A stretch of 64,000 nt of DNA, taken from positions 20,485 through 84,484 of IMG/VR virus record IMGVR_UViG_3300014205_000204; one strand, 5' to 3'. The DNA comes from a virus. Taxonomy: Duplodnaviria > Caudoviricetes. The notes under the pieces are model-generated. The model was not told the origin of the DNA. It saw only the letters and a list, made by a program, of their open reading frames with translations, and made no database searches. Numbering within the stretch: the stretch's first letter is position 1; each line of letters opens with the position of its first letter. A program made the position numbers and the translations under genes. Of the stretch, positions 46,793-55,957 are shown one piece after another.

Positions 46793-46938
46793 TGGCCGCC
46801 GCCGCTGGACACTGGCTTAACCGCTTGACTCCTTTATCACGGCCGGCTCTATGGGTCTTGCGATCCTAGTCACGTGACCGCTTCTGCCCGGGCTGGCGGT
46901 AAGGCGACTTGACGCGAGCCAATGTCCAACGGCGACGG
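46793..46938 (-). ncRNA. 146-nt structured RNA with 6S-like topology, 3' CCA
   Basis: 22-bp uninterrupted terminal helix with 3 G-U pairs (strand-specific), asymmetric central bubble, apical GCAA-capped stem. Confidence 0.7.
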
Positions 46939-46986
46939 ATACGGAATCACGTTGACTCCGCAGCTGCCTGCTCCTAACTCCTCCTA

Positions 46987-46995
46987 ATCATACCA
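46987..46995 (-). promoter_or_regulatory. extended -10 promoter for ncRNA/tRNA cluster
   Basis: TGGTATGAT on -. Confidence 0.55.
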
Positions 46996-46999
46996 CACT

Positions 47000-47476
47000 T
47001 CACTTTTCGAGGATGTGGATAACCTTCTCTACTATTTCCTCGGTGAGGCCAACCATATGATTGACTATCACCTTATTGTTGGCCTGTTCGGGTAGGAACT
47101 CATCGAAATCGTCAATGATTACGTACCCCTCAACCGGGTCATGCTTCTCCAGCCAGTCCCGGATCTCGTACCCTCGCTCCAGTCTGTTGACTCTGGCAAG
47201 GTTGACCTCGTGATCAGGAAGGTCCAGCTTGTGGAATGACTCAGTTCGGCCAAGGAAATTGAACACCAGCCCATTCGCCTTCAACACGTCCTCCCAGTTT
47301 TTCATGTGCCTCCAGTCAGACGAGAGTACGAAGCGGTATCCATTGATCTCCGCCATCCTGTTGATCAGGAAGACCTTGTACGGATCAGTAGCCAGGAGAT
47401 ACCCCTTCTTTGACGTCCTGGTTGGTGTCATCTGGGTGTTCAGGACGCCGTCGATGTCGAGGAATATTACTTTCAC
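47000..47476 (-). CDS. HAD-superfamily hydrolase (HAD_SAK_2-like)
   Basis: KVIFLDIDGVLN, LSSDWR, RGYEI..WL, YVIIDD. Confidence 0.85.
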   Translation of the reverse strand: MKVIFLDIDGVLNTQMTPTRTSKKGYLLATDPYKVFLINRMAEINGYRFVLSSDWRHMKNWEDVLKANGLVFNFLGRTESFHKLDLPDHEVNLARVNRLERGYEIRDWLEKHDPVEGYVIIDDFDEFLPEQANNKVIVNHMVGLTEEIVEKVIHILEK

Positions 47477-47543
47477 ATTTTATATCTCTTGTTTACACCC
47501 CAATCTTTAGCTTGCTCAACATGGTAATGTCTCTTTCCATGGG

Positions 47544-48365
47544 TTATTTGGTGGTGGTGAGGTTTAGGAAGGGAAGGGTGGAGCCAGGGATCATCTGCAC
47601 TGGGAGAATGCCGTTCCACTTGGTGATGGCCTGAAGCTGGACATAATTTTCCCCGCCTTGCTGCTGGATGGCCTCTGCCTGGATCTTGATGGCTCTTGCC
47701 TCAGCTTCGGCCTGGGCTACCCTCTGTTCTGCTTCCATCTGCACCTTGACGAGGACGTTCTTGGCCTTCTCGGCATCCTGCTGGGCTACTTGCTTGGACT
47801 CGATTGCTTTCTCGTACTCATCGGAGAAGTCCTCATTGACCAGTGAATAGTTCGTCACGGTGAACAGTTCTTTCGGTATCTTTTCCATGAAGGCGAACTC
47901 GATCTGTGACTGTGCCTCTGAACGCTTGGAGATGAGTTCCTCAGCCGTGAACCTAGCGATGGTGGTCTTGACGCTGGTCTCCAGAATCGGAACAAGGACA
48001 CGGTCTTCATAGTCCAGGCCAAGCTGCTTATACAAGTCTCCGACGGCGCTTGGGTTGAGGTTATAGTTGACAGCTGAATGGATAGTGACTAACTGGAGGT
48101 CTTTTGAGTATGACTTGGACTCATTCACCTCAAGCTTTTGGGTCCGGATGTTGTACTTTACCACTCTCTGCATCACCGGAACCTTCACGTGCAGGCCAGG
48201 CTGGACGACCTGCTCCCCGACCTTCCCCCAAGTCAGCACGAGGCCGCGCTCGGAGGAGTCGATCTTGTAGAACGGGTTGAAGACGAACAGGATGATCAGG
48301 CCGACGATAGCCGCAATCAAACCGAGTATCACCTTGGCCTCGACCGGTATTTCCTTTAAGGTCAT
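47544..48365 (-). CDS. SPFH/prohibitin family membrane protein
   Basis: N-TM, GLVLTWGKV, PGLHVKVP, SKDLQ, AIESKQVAQQ, KWNGILP. Confidence 0.92.
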   Translation of the reverse strand: MTLKEIPVEAKVILGLIAAIVGLIILFVFNPFYKIDSSERGLVLTWGKVGEQVVQPGLHVKVPVMQRVVKYNIRTQKLEVNESKSYSKDLQLVTIHSAVNYNLNPSAVGDLYKQLGLDYEDRVLVPILETSVKTTIARFTAEELISKRSEAQSQIEFAFMEKIPKELFTVTNYSLVNEDFSDEYEKAIESKQVAQQDAEKAKNVLVKVQMEAEQRVAQAEAEARAIKIQAEAIQQQGGENYVQLQAITKWNGILPVQMIPGSTLPFLNLTTTK

Positions 48366-48380
48366 GTCTTTTGTCTTAGG

Positions 48381-48584
48381 TTAGTTATTATCCTCTTTCC
48401 ATGCCTCATACTTGTCGGAGCACCTGTCGTAACCGCGCTCATCCTCGCCTGTCTTGATGCCTCGCTTAGCGCACCATGCCGTCATCTTTGCGGAGTTGAA
48501 GGCAAATACGACTGTAGTGGAGAGCAAGCCGATGATAGCGATCACGATCAAGAGCTCGATCAAAGTGAAGCCTTTGTTCCTCAT
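48381..48584 (-). CDS. minimal type IV prepilin-like protein (67 aa)
   Basis: MRNKG|FTLIELLIVIAIIGLLSTTVV class III signal (G-1, F+1, E+5); short two-Cys tail. Confidence 0.85.
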   Translation of the reverse strand: MRNKGFTLIELLIVIAIIGLLSTTVVFAFNSAKMTAWCAKRGIKTGEDERGYDRCSDKYEAWKEDNN

Positions 48585-48588
48585 AGCG

Positions 48589-49017
48589 TTATTTCTTTTT
48601 CCGTTCCTCCTCATCCATCAGTGGTTTGGCTACTTCCTGGTAGAACTTTTCAGCAGTCTCCTTGTTGGAGAACAGCCAATCAATGAAGGTGTCTCTCCCC
48701 TCGTCAGTGAGGAGCTCCTCTCCATCGATTATGTCGAGCTTCCGGAAAGTCTTGTATGGTTCCTTCGCGAGCAGCTGTTTGAACGTCTTCCTTATGGACA
48801 TAATAGTCTTGTTTATTGGGTTAGCATCCTTGTCGATGTTCTTTCCTTCCTCTCCCACTATTTCCAATGCTCTTTTGGCGCAGCGACCGCAGATTACAGC
48901 TGCTGTCTCTCCAGTGGAGACTGGCATCATGATGTCGGAGGCGACTAGACTTACCTTGTGGCCAAAGGTCCCACAGAAGTCGCATTTTCCTCGAGAGCCG
49001 GTGTCGGACAGCCTCAT
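48589..49017 (-). CDS. hypothetical protein with N-terminal Zn finger
   Basis: CDFC...CGRC. Confidence 0.55.
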   Translation of the reverse strand: MRLSDTGSRGKCDFCGTFGHKVSLVASDIMMPVSTGETAAVICGRCAKRALEIVGEEGKNIDKDANPINKTIMSIRKTFKQLLAKEPYKTFRKLDIIDGEELLTDEGRDTFIDWLFSNKETAEKFYQEVAKPLMDEEERKKK

Positions 49018-49910
49018 AAACCGATGACCCTCCTTAGCCTGGTTGCGAGGCCCTCCTTGGACTTCGACTCCTTTCTCTCAACCCTCTCCCCTTCCGCGAT
49101 GCCCTTGACCAGCTCGCTCCACGTCAGGTCGCACTTCTCGTCGATCCAGTCGGCGATGAACCACATTCGGTCACTGCCGTCATGAACTCCGAACAGTATC
49201 GGGTCCTTCTTTCCGACGCTCCTTTGGGCTTGGTCCTGGGTGGCTCCTGCCTTGATCGCTTCCTTCTCCGAGGTGCAGTGCATGATCACGAACCCATCGA
49301 AGAACGGCTCCGCCTCCACCTTGGCGCTGTAGACGTCATCGGGCACGTCCCTCAGGTACTCGCCGTACTCGCAGATGCCGATCTTCCCGTCCTTGACGTA
49401 CTTGAAGAACTTGGCGACCTTACCCAATTCAAGATAGTCCTCATAACCTCCAGCGACAGCGGCGATCTCCTTCAGCCGGAGCTTGGTCTCGTTAGCCAGC
49501 GCCTTTGATTGCGTCTTGAGTCCCTTTACGGTAAGTGCGTTTTCAGCATCCCCGAACTTCTTGGCCTCTTCCCTCATTGCGTCAAGCCCTTCCTTCCCGA
49601 CCTTCTCGGCCAAACGCTTTGACACCTTGAAGATTATCTCATGCCCCAGTGGCTTGGCTGGTTGTTTTTTGTTGGGTGCTTTGACGGGGACCGAGTTGCC
49701 CGTGAGGCTGTTCGTGAAGGAGGCACTTTCAAAGGTGATCCAGTCGAGGCTAGTGTCAATTCCACGACTAACGAAGGGGACCTCAATGTTGGCTTCTCTC
49801 GTCTTCATGTCAATTGCGACGAACTCCCTAAGGCGAAAAGCGTACTCATTGGCGTGCCACCTCTTCTTGAACTCATCCGGTCGGTAGGACTTCCTGATGT
49901 TTTTTTCCAT
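49014..49910 (-). CDS. hypothetical protein (298 aa)
   Basis: C-terminal KDPILFG...WFIADWIDEKCDLT motif; typical codon bias. Confidence 0.65.
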   Translation of the reverse strand: MEKNIRKSYRPDEFKKRWHANEYAFRLREFVAIDMKTREANIEVPFVSRGIDTSLDWITFESASFTNSLTGNSVPVKAPNKKQPAKPLGHEIIFKVSKRLAEKVGKEGLDAMREEAKKFGDAENALTVKGLKTQSKALANETKLRLKEIAAVAGGYEDYLELGKVAKFFKYVKDGKIGICEYGEYLRDVPDDVYSAKVEAEPFFDGFVIMHCTSEKEAIKAGATQDQAQRSVGKKDPILFGVHDGSDRMWFIADWIDEKCDLTWSELVKGIAEGERVERKESKSKEGLATRLRRVIGL

Positions 49911-50010
49911 ATCGTTAGATTGAATTGCATGTTATTCCAGCTACCTCGCACAGTTCCGTGAATGATCTCTGGATCTCACTGGTGAAAATTTCCGTCATAC
50001 TATTGGCGTC

Positions 50011-50202
50011 TCATTTAGTCGTTATGATCTTCAAGTAGTCTTGTAAGCACCTCATCGCGCAGGAATGGATCAACTTCCCCCGTAATTCTATGTCGAAGTT
50101 CCCCTTGCACCTGTTCCCGCACCCGCAACAGTCGTATGGGTAATCGGTCCTTGGGAACAGCCTGTCATTCGCCTCCTCCCGTTCCTTCTTGCTGTCGATC
50201 AT
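50011..50202 (-). CDS. small Cys-rich protein
   Basis: CCGC...CAMRC. Confidence 0.55.
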   Translation of the reverse strand: MIDSKKEREEANDRLFPRTDYPYDCCGCGNRCKGNFDIELRGKLIHSCAMRCLQDYLKIITTK

Positions 50203-50402
50203 AAGATCCTAGAAGTTCCCGTCAGCTCCGGGCAGTCCCAACCGCGAGCCTTCGCCTCCGCTATTATGGCCCTGGATACGTAACCGTCCTTGATGATGTC
50301 CCTGAGGTGGTCGTCCGACAGGTCCCTCATCTTGGTCTTCCTGCCGTCCAGTGATCCCCAGAGGGAGTCGCGAAGGTCTATGGTCTCCTTTTTCTTCTCC
50401 AT
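50199..50402 (-). CDS. hypothetical protein
   Basis: 67 aa; WGSLDGRKTKMRDLSDDHL. Confidence 0.55.
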   Translation of the reverse strand: MEKKKETIDLRDSLWGSLDGRKTKMRDLSDDHLRDIIKDGYVSRAIIAEAKARGWDCPELTGTSRIL

Positions 50403-50406
50403 GTTA

Positions 50407-50688
50407 TTAGGAAGTTATCACTACGTCCAGCCCTAACCTCTCGCAAGCCTCTTCCAGTTCCTCCCGTGACCCGAAATCTGAGAACACGACGCAAGAGTAC
50501 TGGTCCGGCTTCCCCGCATAGCTCATGTCGATCGTGTAGGCCAAGCCGAACTCATCATTCTCCCTGTCGACAACCCCGATCAGCGTCTGCCTCCTGTGGG
50601 TTACCCGATCGCTTCCGTAGTCCCCATGGCAGTCCGACATGAACGGGACCCTGAAGACGATCTCATCCCCCTCCTTGGTGATTTTCAT
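50407..50688 (-). CDS. hypothetical protein
   Basis: 93-aa ORF. Confidence 0.55.
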   Translation of the reverse strand: MKITKEGDEIVFRVPFMSDCHGDYGSDRVTHRRQTLIGVVDRENDEFGLAYTIDMSYAGKPDQYSCVVFSDFGSREELEEACERLGLDVVITS

Positions 50689-50695
50689 ATTTGTT

Positions 50696-51409
50696 TTACC
50701 AGTTATCCTTCCGTACCTTCAGAAGGAATGAGTTTACGGATTCCATGTCGCATTTCTTGTCCTTGTCGGGGAACCTGTCGTAGGCTCCTTCAACTAGGTT
50801 ACGGTAGTGGGATGCCATTGTGGTCACTTCCCCAACCATTTCCGGGGTTACTTCCTTGGCGTTCTTCCATTTTAGCAGCTTCTTCCTCAGCTCTTCGTCG
50901 TCCACCAGGATTTTTAGTTCTCCGGTTTCCAGGAGGACCTTGCACTGCCACAGAGCTCTCACATCCTCCACCGAGTACTTCTGAACCCTGTCGTCGTGCC
51001 GGTCCATGAACTTCTTCTCCTGGTTCTTGGAATAGCCCATGAATGCGTCCATGACCCTCTTCGGCTCCCAAATGACGGGGAACAGGGACCGGAGTTCCAT
51101 GCCAAGTTCCGTCGTCTCGTCCTCCTTGACCGGCGAACACATGACCTCAAGGATCGCCGGGTTGCACTTGGTGGCGAGATAGAGGAACCTCCCCAGCTCG
51201 TACTGCGTGTCGTCCTCCTTTCCTTCCACCCACGAAGTGTCCCTGGCGCTGCTGTTGAGCTTGAGGATCTCGGAGGTCGGCTCGATGAACACTCCCCTCC
51301 AGTCGAAGTCAGAGTCCTCCCGGTTCAGCCCGTGAGCCCTGCTTCCCACAAGCGTCTTCAGTATCGTTTTCATATTTTTAGCCATCTTGAGATTAACCTC
51401 TTCCACCAC
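50696..51409 (-). CDS. Pol-beta superfamily nucleotidyltransferase
   Basis: VGSRAHGLNREDSDFDWRGVF, YELGRF, KCNPAILE. Confidence 0.88.
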   Translation of the reverse strand: MVEEVNLKMAKNMKTILKTLVGSRAHGLNREDSDFDWRGVFIEPTSEILKLNSSARDTSWVEGKEDDTQYELGRFLYLATKCNPAILEVMCSPVKEDETTELGMELRSLFPVIWEPKRVMDAFMGYSKNQEKKFMDRHDDRVQKYSVEDVRALWQCKVLLETGELKILVDDEELRKKLLKWKNAKEVTPEMVGEVTTMASHYRNLVEGAYDRFPDKDKKCDMESVNSFLLKVRKDNW

Positions 51410-51585
51410 GGGTACCTGACCCCTTCCATGGTCGCCATGCTGTCGGCGATCATCCTGAACAGCTCAGCCTGATCCTTCCCCTGCGTTATCCCCGACCCGT
51501 TCCTGTACTTCAGCCGGGCGATCCACCAGCCATCCTCGAACCAGTAGGTGACGCTGATCCTCTCTTTCTTAATATTGTTGCCCAT
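51370..51585 (-). CDS. HicB-like small protein
   Basis: EDGWWIA...ITQGKDQAELFRMIADSM resembles the HicB N-domain. Confidence 0.5.
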   Translation of the reverse strand: MGNNIKKERISVTYWFEDGWWIARLKYRNGSGITQGKDQAELFRMIADSMATMEGVRYPWWKRLISRWLKI

Positions 51586-51603
51586 AGTAATTTCAATTAT
51601 CAG

Positions 51604-51762
51604 TTAGCCTTTCAGCCTGTTGATTATGCAAGCAATGGTGTCAGTAAGAAGTTCTCGCTCATCGTCAAGCTCGGTATCGGTGGTGAATCTCTTCAGACCC
51701 TTGAGGTATAGGGGGTTGGTAATTCTACCCTCCTTGGGCTGACTTGCCGTCGGTATCCCCAT
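51604..51762 (-). CDS. 52-aa ORF built from a duplicated gene 3' end
   Basis: Last 38 residues nearly identical to the C-terminus of 52946..53320. Confidence 0.4.
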   Translation of the reverse strand: MGIPTASQPKEGRITNPLYLKGLKRFTTDTELDDERELLTDTIACIINRLKG

Positions 51763-51772
51763 CTCCTCTTCC

Positions 51773-51928
51773 TCATTTACTCCAACAGCACTTAGCGCAT
51801 GAGGCAGGTGTTCTAGAGGCCATGTCGAGGTCAAAAACTGGTACACCTTTGAACTTGACTTTATTTTCACACAGGTCGTAGATGTGATTCTTGCAGTTCG
51901 GGCACTCGTAGTGCAGGTAAAATCTCAT
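51773..51928 (-). CDS. 51-aa Zn-finger peptide (not in ORF track)
   Basis: CPNC...CAKC. Confidence 0.5.
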   Translation of the reverse strand: MRFYLHYECPNCKNHIYDLCENKVKFKGVPVFDLDMASRTPASCAKCCWSK

Positions 51929-51930
51929 GC

Positions 51931-52245
51931 TTAATTGATCATTGACTTAATCTCCAGCTCCAGCCTCTCCTTTTCGGTTAGCAACAGAGGCTCAACCGTG
52001 TCGAAGAGCTTAACCAGCAGTGCCCTGTCCTGGATTCCGTACCCATAAGAGTCTCCTCGTTCGACAAAGTCTGATCCGGTGCATTCCTTGGCTACGAGCT
52101 TGAATAATTCAGGGTAGGAATCATACCTTAAGCTGCCTACTTTTTTCGTACGAGACGCTGAGATCACCATTAACTGGTTGTTGACTCTCTCCAGATTGAA
52201 TTTTAGCCTCTGGAGTAGCTTTATTTTTTCTTCTAATTCTTTCAT
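51931..52245 (-). CDS. hypothetical coiled-coil protein
   Basis: 104-aa ORF. Confidence 0.55.
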   Translation of the reverse strand: MKELEEKIKLLQRLKFNLERVNNQLMVISASRTKKVGSLRYDSYPELFKLVAKECTGSDFVERGDSYGYGIQDRALLVKLFDTVEPLLLTEKERLELEIKSMIN

Positions 52246-52246
52246 A

Positions 52247-52393
52247 TCACTTGGTTATTTTCTCAACCTCCCGCCTAATCCTCATCACCGTCGCTCCCCA
52301 AGCACCGACCTTATCATCGGTCTTCTCGGTCAGGCAGCAGTCCTCGAACGTGAGGCGGTTGAGGAAGTCGAGGATTTGGTTGGTCTTGTCCAT
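52247..52393 (-). CDS. 48-aa hypothetical protein (not in ORF track)
   Basis: MDKTNQILDFLNRL...; fills gap on the coding strand. Confidence 0.45.
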   Translation of the reverse strand: MDKTNQILDFLNRLTFEDCCLTEKTDDKVGAWGATVMRIRREVEKITK

Positions 52394-52398
52394 GTTGG

Positions 52399-52569
52399 TC
52401 ACATTGTCGGATTACTTACTGATACTGTTATTTCGGCGCCGCAAGAAGGGCATCTGTGCGTGTAGTTTCCGTTCTTGAATGACTGATGGGATGGGAATGA
52501 GTGTTCTGGATGTCGGCATTCTTTCGGGTCTTCTACATGGAAGTAGTTATTCTGTGATTGGTCTTTCAT
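52399..52569 (-). CDS. 56-aa Zn-ribbon peptide (not in ORF track)
   Basis: CRHPEH...HRCPSCG. Confidence 0.5.
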   Translation of the reverse strand: MKDQSQNNYFHVEDPKECRHPEHSFPSHQSFKNGNYTHRCPSCGAEITVSVSNPTM

Positions 52570-52776
52570 GATAGTTACATCTTATCCCCTATGTTAGACA
52601 GTTCATCAGCTATGCGTGTCAGAACAGCAGTAATGGTGAGAACAAATATCAACAATAGGCCAGACGTAAAGCATCCAATTTCGACTTCTCTTTTCTCTGC
52701 CATAATTTACCTAATTACCGGTATTTCCCTGCTGATTTCGCTTGAGGTCTTGGTTGGTTTGGTCATAGTTGTTTTA

Positions 52777-52944
52777 TTAGTCCTCGTAAAACAAGTCCCT
52801 GAACCCGCTGCCATCTGGGTTTTCAGCCGTGCCGAGAAAACCATTGTCGCAAAACAAAATCAATGCCGCCTGCCAGAACCTCATCTCGGGGTGTTCCATG
52901 AGGTAGTCGAGCAGACGTAGGGCTTTTAGTTGGTGCTTGTTCAT
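52777..52944 (-). CDS. 55-aa hypothetical protein (not in ORF track)
   Basis: LDYLMEHPEMRFWQA...DLFYED. Confidence 0.5.
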   Translation of the reverse strand: MNKHQLKALRLLDYLMEHPEMRFWQAALILFCDNGFLGTAENPDGSGFRDLFYED

Positions 52945-52945
52945 G

Positions 52946-53320
52946 TTATCCTTTTAGCCTGTTGATTATGCAAGCAATGGTGTCAGTAAGAAGTTCTCGC
53001 TCATCGTCAAGTTCGGTATCGGTGGTGAATCTCTTCCTACCCTTTAGGTATAGGGGGTTGGTGAGGACGTGGCACATCTCATGGAGCATGCAGCTCATGT
53101 CCAGCTTACCTTTCTTGAAGTCTAAAACAGCTTTGTCATTGAACCTTATGACATGGTTAAGGTATGGGTATCGATTGCTGATTTCGATGTATTGGCAAAC
53201 GTCACTGTGCTCAAACTCGAAAGAATTGTTTGCCAGACCGAGTATAGGCTGCCACTTTCTTATCTCTCTGTTGGCCCATTCGAGGAAATCGTTAGTGTCC
53301 TGTTGTGTAGGTTGTTCCAT
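52946..53320 (-). CDS. small zincin-like HExxH protein
   Basis: Start MEQPTQQ; LHEMCHV motif. Confidence 0.65.
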   Translation of the reverse strand: MEQPTQQDTNDFLEWANREIRKWQPILGLANNSFEFEHSDVCQYIEISNRYPYLNHVIRFNDKAVLDFKKGKLDMSCMLHEMCHVLTNPLYLKGRKRFTTDTELDDERELLTDTIACIINRLKG

Positions 53321-53324
53321 ACCC

Positions 53325-53774
53325 CTAGTTATACCTCCCACACATCTCGGCGTGCCTGATCGCAATCTCCGAGAATGCCTTGGCCTTGGCTTCAGTGGGG
53401 AAATATTGGTCGAAATATATTTGGTCAGAAGAAATAGTACATTTTTCAATCTCACCAGTATCAGTCGTCGTGTACCAAGCCTCATTATCCTTTTTTGGCA
53501 GCCAGCGACTAGCTTCCGTCACGGCGCAAAGGTACTCGAAGTGAAGCCTTGCGTCTTCCAGTCCTTGTGAAGTATTGGGGAAGATACCTAGGCGTGCGTG
53601 GTTAGAGGTTTCTTGTTCATAGCCATTAACGCACGCAACGATACCATCAGATTTGTCTAGGTCAATCGACCAGTAACCTTCATTGTGCTTCGGCATCCAC
53701 CTATCCTTGATTTCCCTGATTACCTCGACCTCATACGTCTTTCCGTCCTCTGCCTTGATTATTTTTGTGGGCAT
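53325..53774 (-). CDS. hypothetical protein
   Basis: 149 aa; YFPTEAKAKAF motif. Confidence 0.6.
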   Translation of the reverse strand: MPTKIIKAEDGKTYEVEVIREIKDRWMPKHNEGYWSIDLDKSDGIVACVNGYEQETSNHARLGIFPNTSQGLEDARLHFEYLCAVTEASRWLPKKDNEAWYTTTDTGEIEKCTISSDQIYFDQYFPTEAKAKAFSEIAIRHAEMCGRYN

Positions 53775-53913
53775 AACTACACGTTAAAGTAAATTACCTT
53801 GCCGCACTTGACGCATATCTTATTTGGTTTGCAAACTCCTTTGTTAGAACAAAGGCATGTACTATATAACCAGCGATGCCGACAGAACAGTCTCCTGATG
53901 TATTTGAGTAGCT

Positions 53914-54087
53914 TCATATGCAGACAATTGGCGACATTTTCTTAATGCAGTCAACGCAGACGTACCTGCCACCTTCCAGAGCCCTGATGTTGGAGTCTGT
54001 CATGTATGCCGTAAAAACTAACCCTTTACAGACAGGACAGTGGACTTGGACTTCGTGCTTTTCCTCAATGGTTTTGTTTCTGGTCAT
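53914..54087 (-). CDS. 57-aa Zn-finger peptide (not in ORF track)
   Basis: CPVC...CVDC. Confidence 0.5.
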   Translation of the reverse strand: MTRNKTIEEKHEVQVHCPVCKGLVFTAYMTDSNIRALEGGRYVCVDCIKKMSPIVCI

Positions 54088-55936
54088 ATCTCATTCTCTG
54101 TCAGGCCGCTTTGGGCTAGTTTAGAGCCTTGAATATCAATAATATTTCTCGCCCTTTCGATGCCTCCGTTCCATTGTTCATTGCCATCGATACGTTTACC
54201 CATGATGATAGATTTTGTTTTCTCCAGCCACTTCTTTTCTTCATTTTTTGCCTTCCGCCACGTCCTCTCCCGTTCCTCGGCTAGGGCTTGGGCAATCACT
54301 TTTGCCAGTTCGGAACAGCACTTGCAGTTATCAAACTTAACGTCGCAGTAAGAGTGCTTCTTGGCGATGTCTTCTGCCCTCTCGATGTCCTGTTGTGTCG
54401 GTGTCATAGGTCACTTGCGGTCACGTATTAGCTGTACGGCGGCGGTAGCGTCATTGAGCATTGAGTCGTATACGTTCGTGCAGTTTGTCTTGTACGCGTT
54501 TTCCACCGCCCTCTCCACCGCCTCAGCCCCGCGAAGCTCAGCGTCGTTGACTGCCTTGGAGACCAGTTCCTTCACCGAATCCAAGTCAACATGTATTGCG
54601 TTGTCGTTGATTTCATTGTCCCTGACCATCGAACGGAACGGCTTGAGGCTGTCGATTTCAGCCATTACGTCGTTTAGCGTATTAGGCATATTATTTACCA
54701 GTCAAGTAGAATGTCATCCTTTCCACGAATGACCCAAAGTTAGTGAGAATTATCCACAATCCGACAACCGCGATTATTGACGTGAGGCAGCCGAAGCATG
54801 AGCAGGAAACGTTGCCGTTGTTATCGATGTCTTGCATATAACTATCTCTCGCAGACCGTCACGCTGATGTCCTTGGGGTCGAACACGCCGATTATCTCGA
54901 ATGGTGACGAGCACCCAAGGGCGACCGCATGGACGTATGCCTTACCGAAGGTGTCGAACTCAATACGCTTGTTGTCTTTGTCGGTAGCGAAGTAGTACTG
55001 ATGGATTGGGACGAACAGGATTGCGTATTTCATATCTTACTTGTTCAACCCCAGCATGTAGTCGCACGCCTCGGGTGTGGTGAGTATCGTGTCGATGCTG
55101 TTTGTCTTTGGGCAGTCAACGAATCCTTGCGAGCGAAGGGAGTCATTGTATCTTTCAAAATCTAAATATAATCTTATGAGTCCATTAACGGAAACTCCGA
55201 TTAGGAGAAGCGCCGCAAAGATGAACGGACTTGGGTCGTTACTGCCTTTTGATTCCTTCCATGCCCCGTAGAACACGAGTGCTACGGCTAGGATTACGAG
55301 TAGGTATGTCATATTTCCTTGGTTAAGTCATGAACCGCCATTCCGTAAACGAAGGCAATAGCTAAGTCCCATCCATCTATCCTGTAGCGCCTCAAGATGC
55401 CATAGGCAACGAACAGCAGGACCATGTAGGAACAGACGTAAAATCTTTTCTTTGTCATATCTTTATTTACATCTAAAGGAATCGGTAAAACACGTATGTG
55501 TCGAAGATGATTGGGCTTTTCGGACATACGATTGCGCCTTCCTCTAGCGGTGAAGTCCAGCAGTCGCTTGGTCTGGTGAACCTAACAGTTTTGCCGGCTA
55601 GGAACCCAAAGCTGAGTATCGACAACGCCATAACGACACCGAACGCAAGTTTCTTTATTTCCATATCTCCTTGGTTAATTTAGCGGATTATTTACTTTTC
55701 CAGTCTGGGAAATACTTATCGAGCATTTGGATGCAGTCTTCTTCAGCTTCTTTCTTCGTCCTACCCCTACCACCAGCTTGGGCTACAGTTGTCTTATCTT
55801 CCGTATAAATATAGTTGACGAACCAAAATGATTTTTCTATCAAATGCCCACACTCACTGCATCTTTCTGCTTCTTCTCTATTCCACGTCTTGACGCATTT
55901 TTTGCCGCCAAGGACTAGGTTTTTTGGTAGTGTCAT
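54084..55936 (-). other. cluster of small hypothetical early ORFs (54084-54407, 54411-54689, 54842-55033, 55037-55312, 55309-55527, 55473-55664, 55688-55936)
   Basis: Tightly packed co-oriented ORFs of 60-107 aa, several with TM helices. Confidence 0.55.
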
Positions 55937-55957
55937 ATTCTTTGGAATTGGTTATTT

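Larger units (their letters stand above)
51604..53062. repeat. 117-bp direct repeat pair (51604-51720 and 52946-53062)
   Basis: 111/117 identical by manual alignment. Confidence 0.9.

Noticed and set aside
46793-46938. SRP (4.5S) RNA or Y RNA identity for the ncRNA
   Set aside because: It lacks the SRP domain IV CAG/AGCAG signature around the tetraloop and has no T-arm-like GUUCGA.
51604-53062. Diversity-generating retroelement TR/VR pair
   Set aside because: Five of six differences are at adenines, but of the copy at the end of the intact gene (would-be VR), not the orphan copy (would-be TR). Most changes are synonymous and no reverse transcriptase is in the window.
54750-54758. DnaA boxes at 54750 and 47014
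   Set aside because: Single copies within probable coding sequence and not clustered like an origin.
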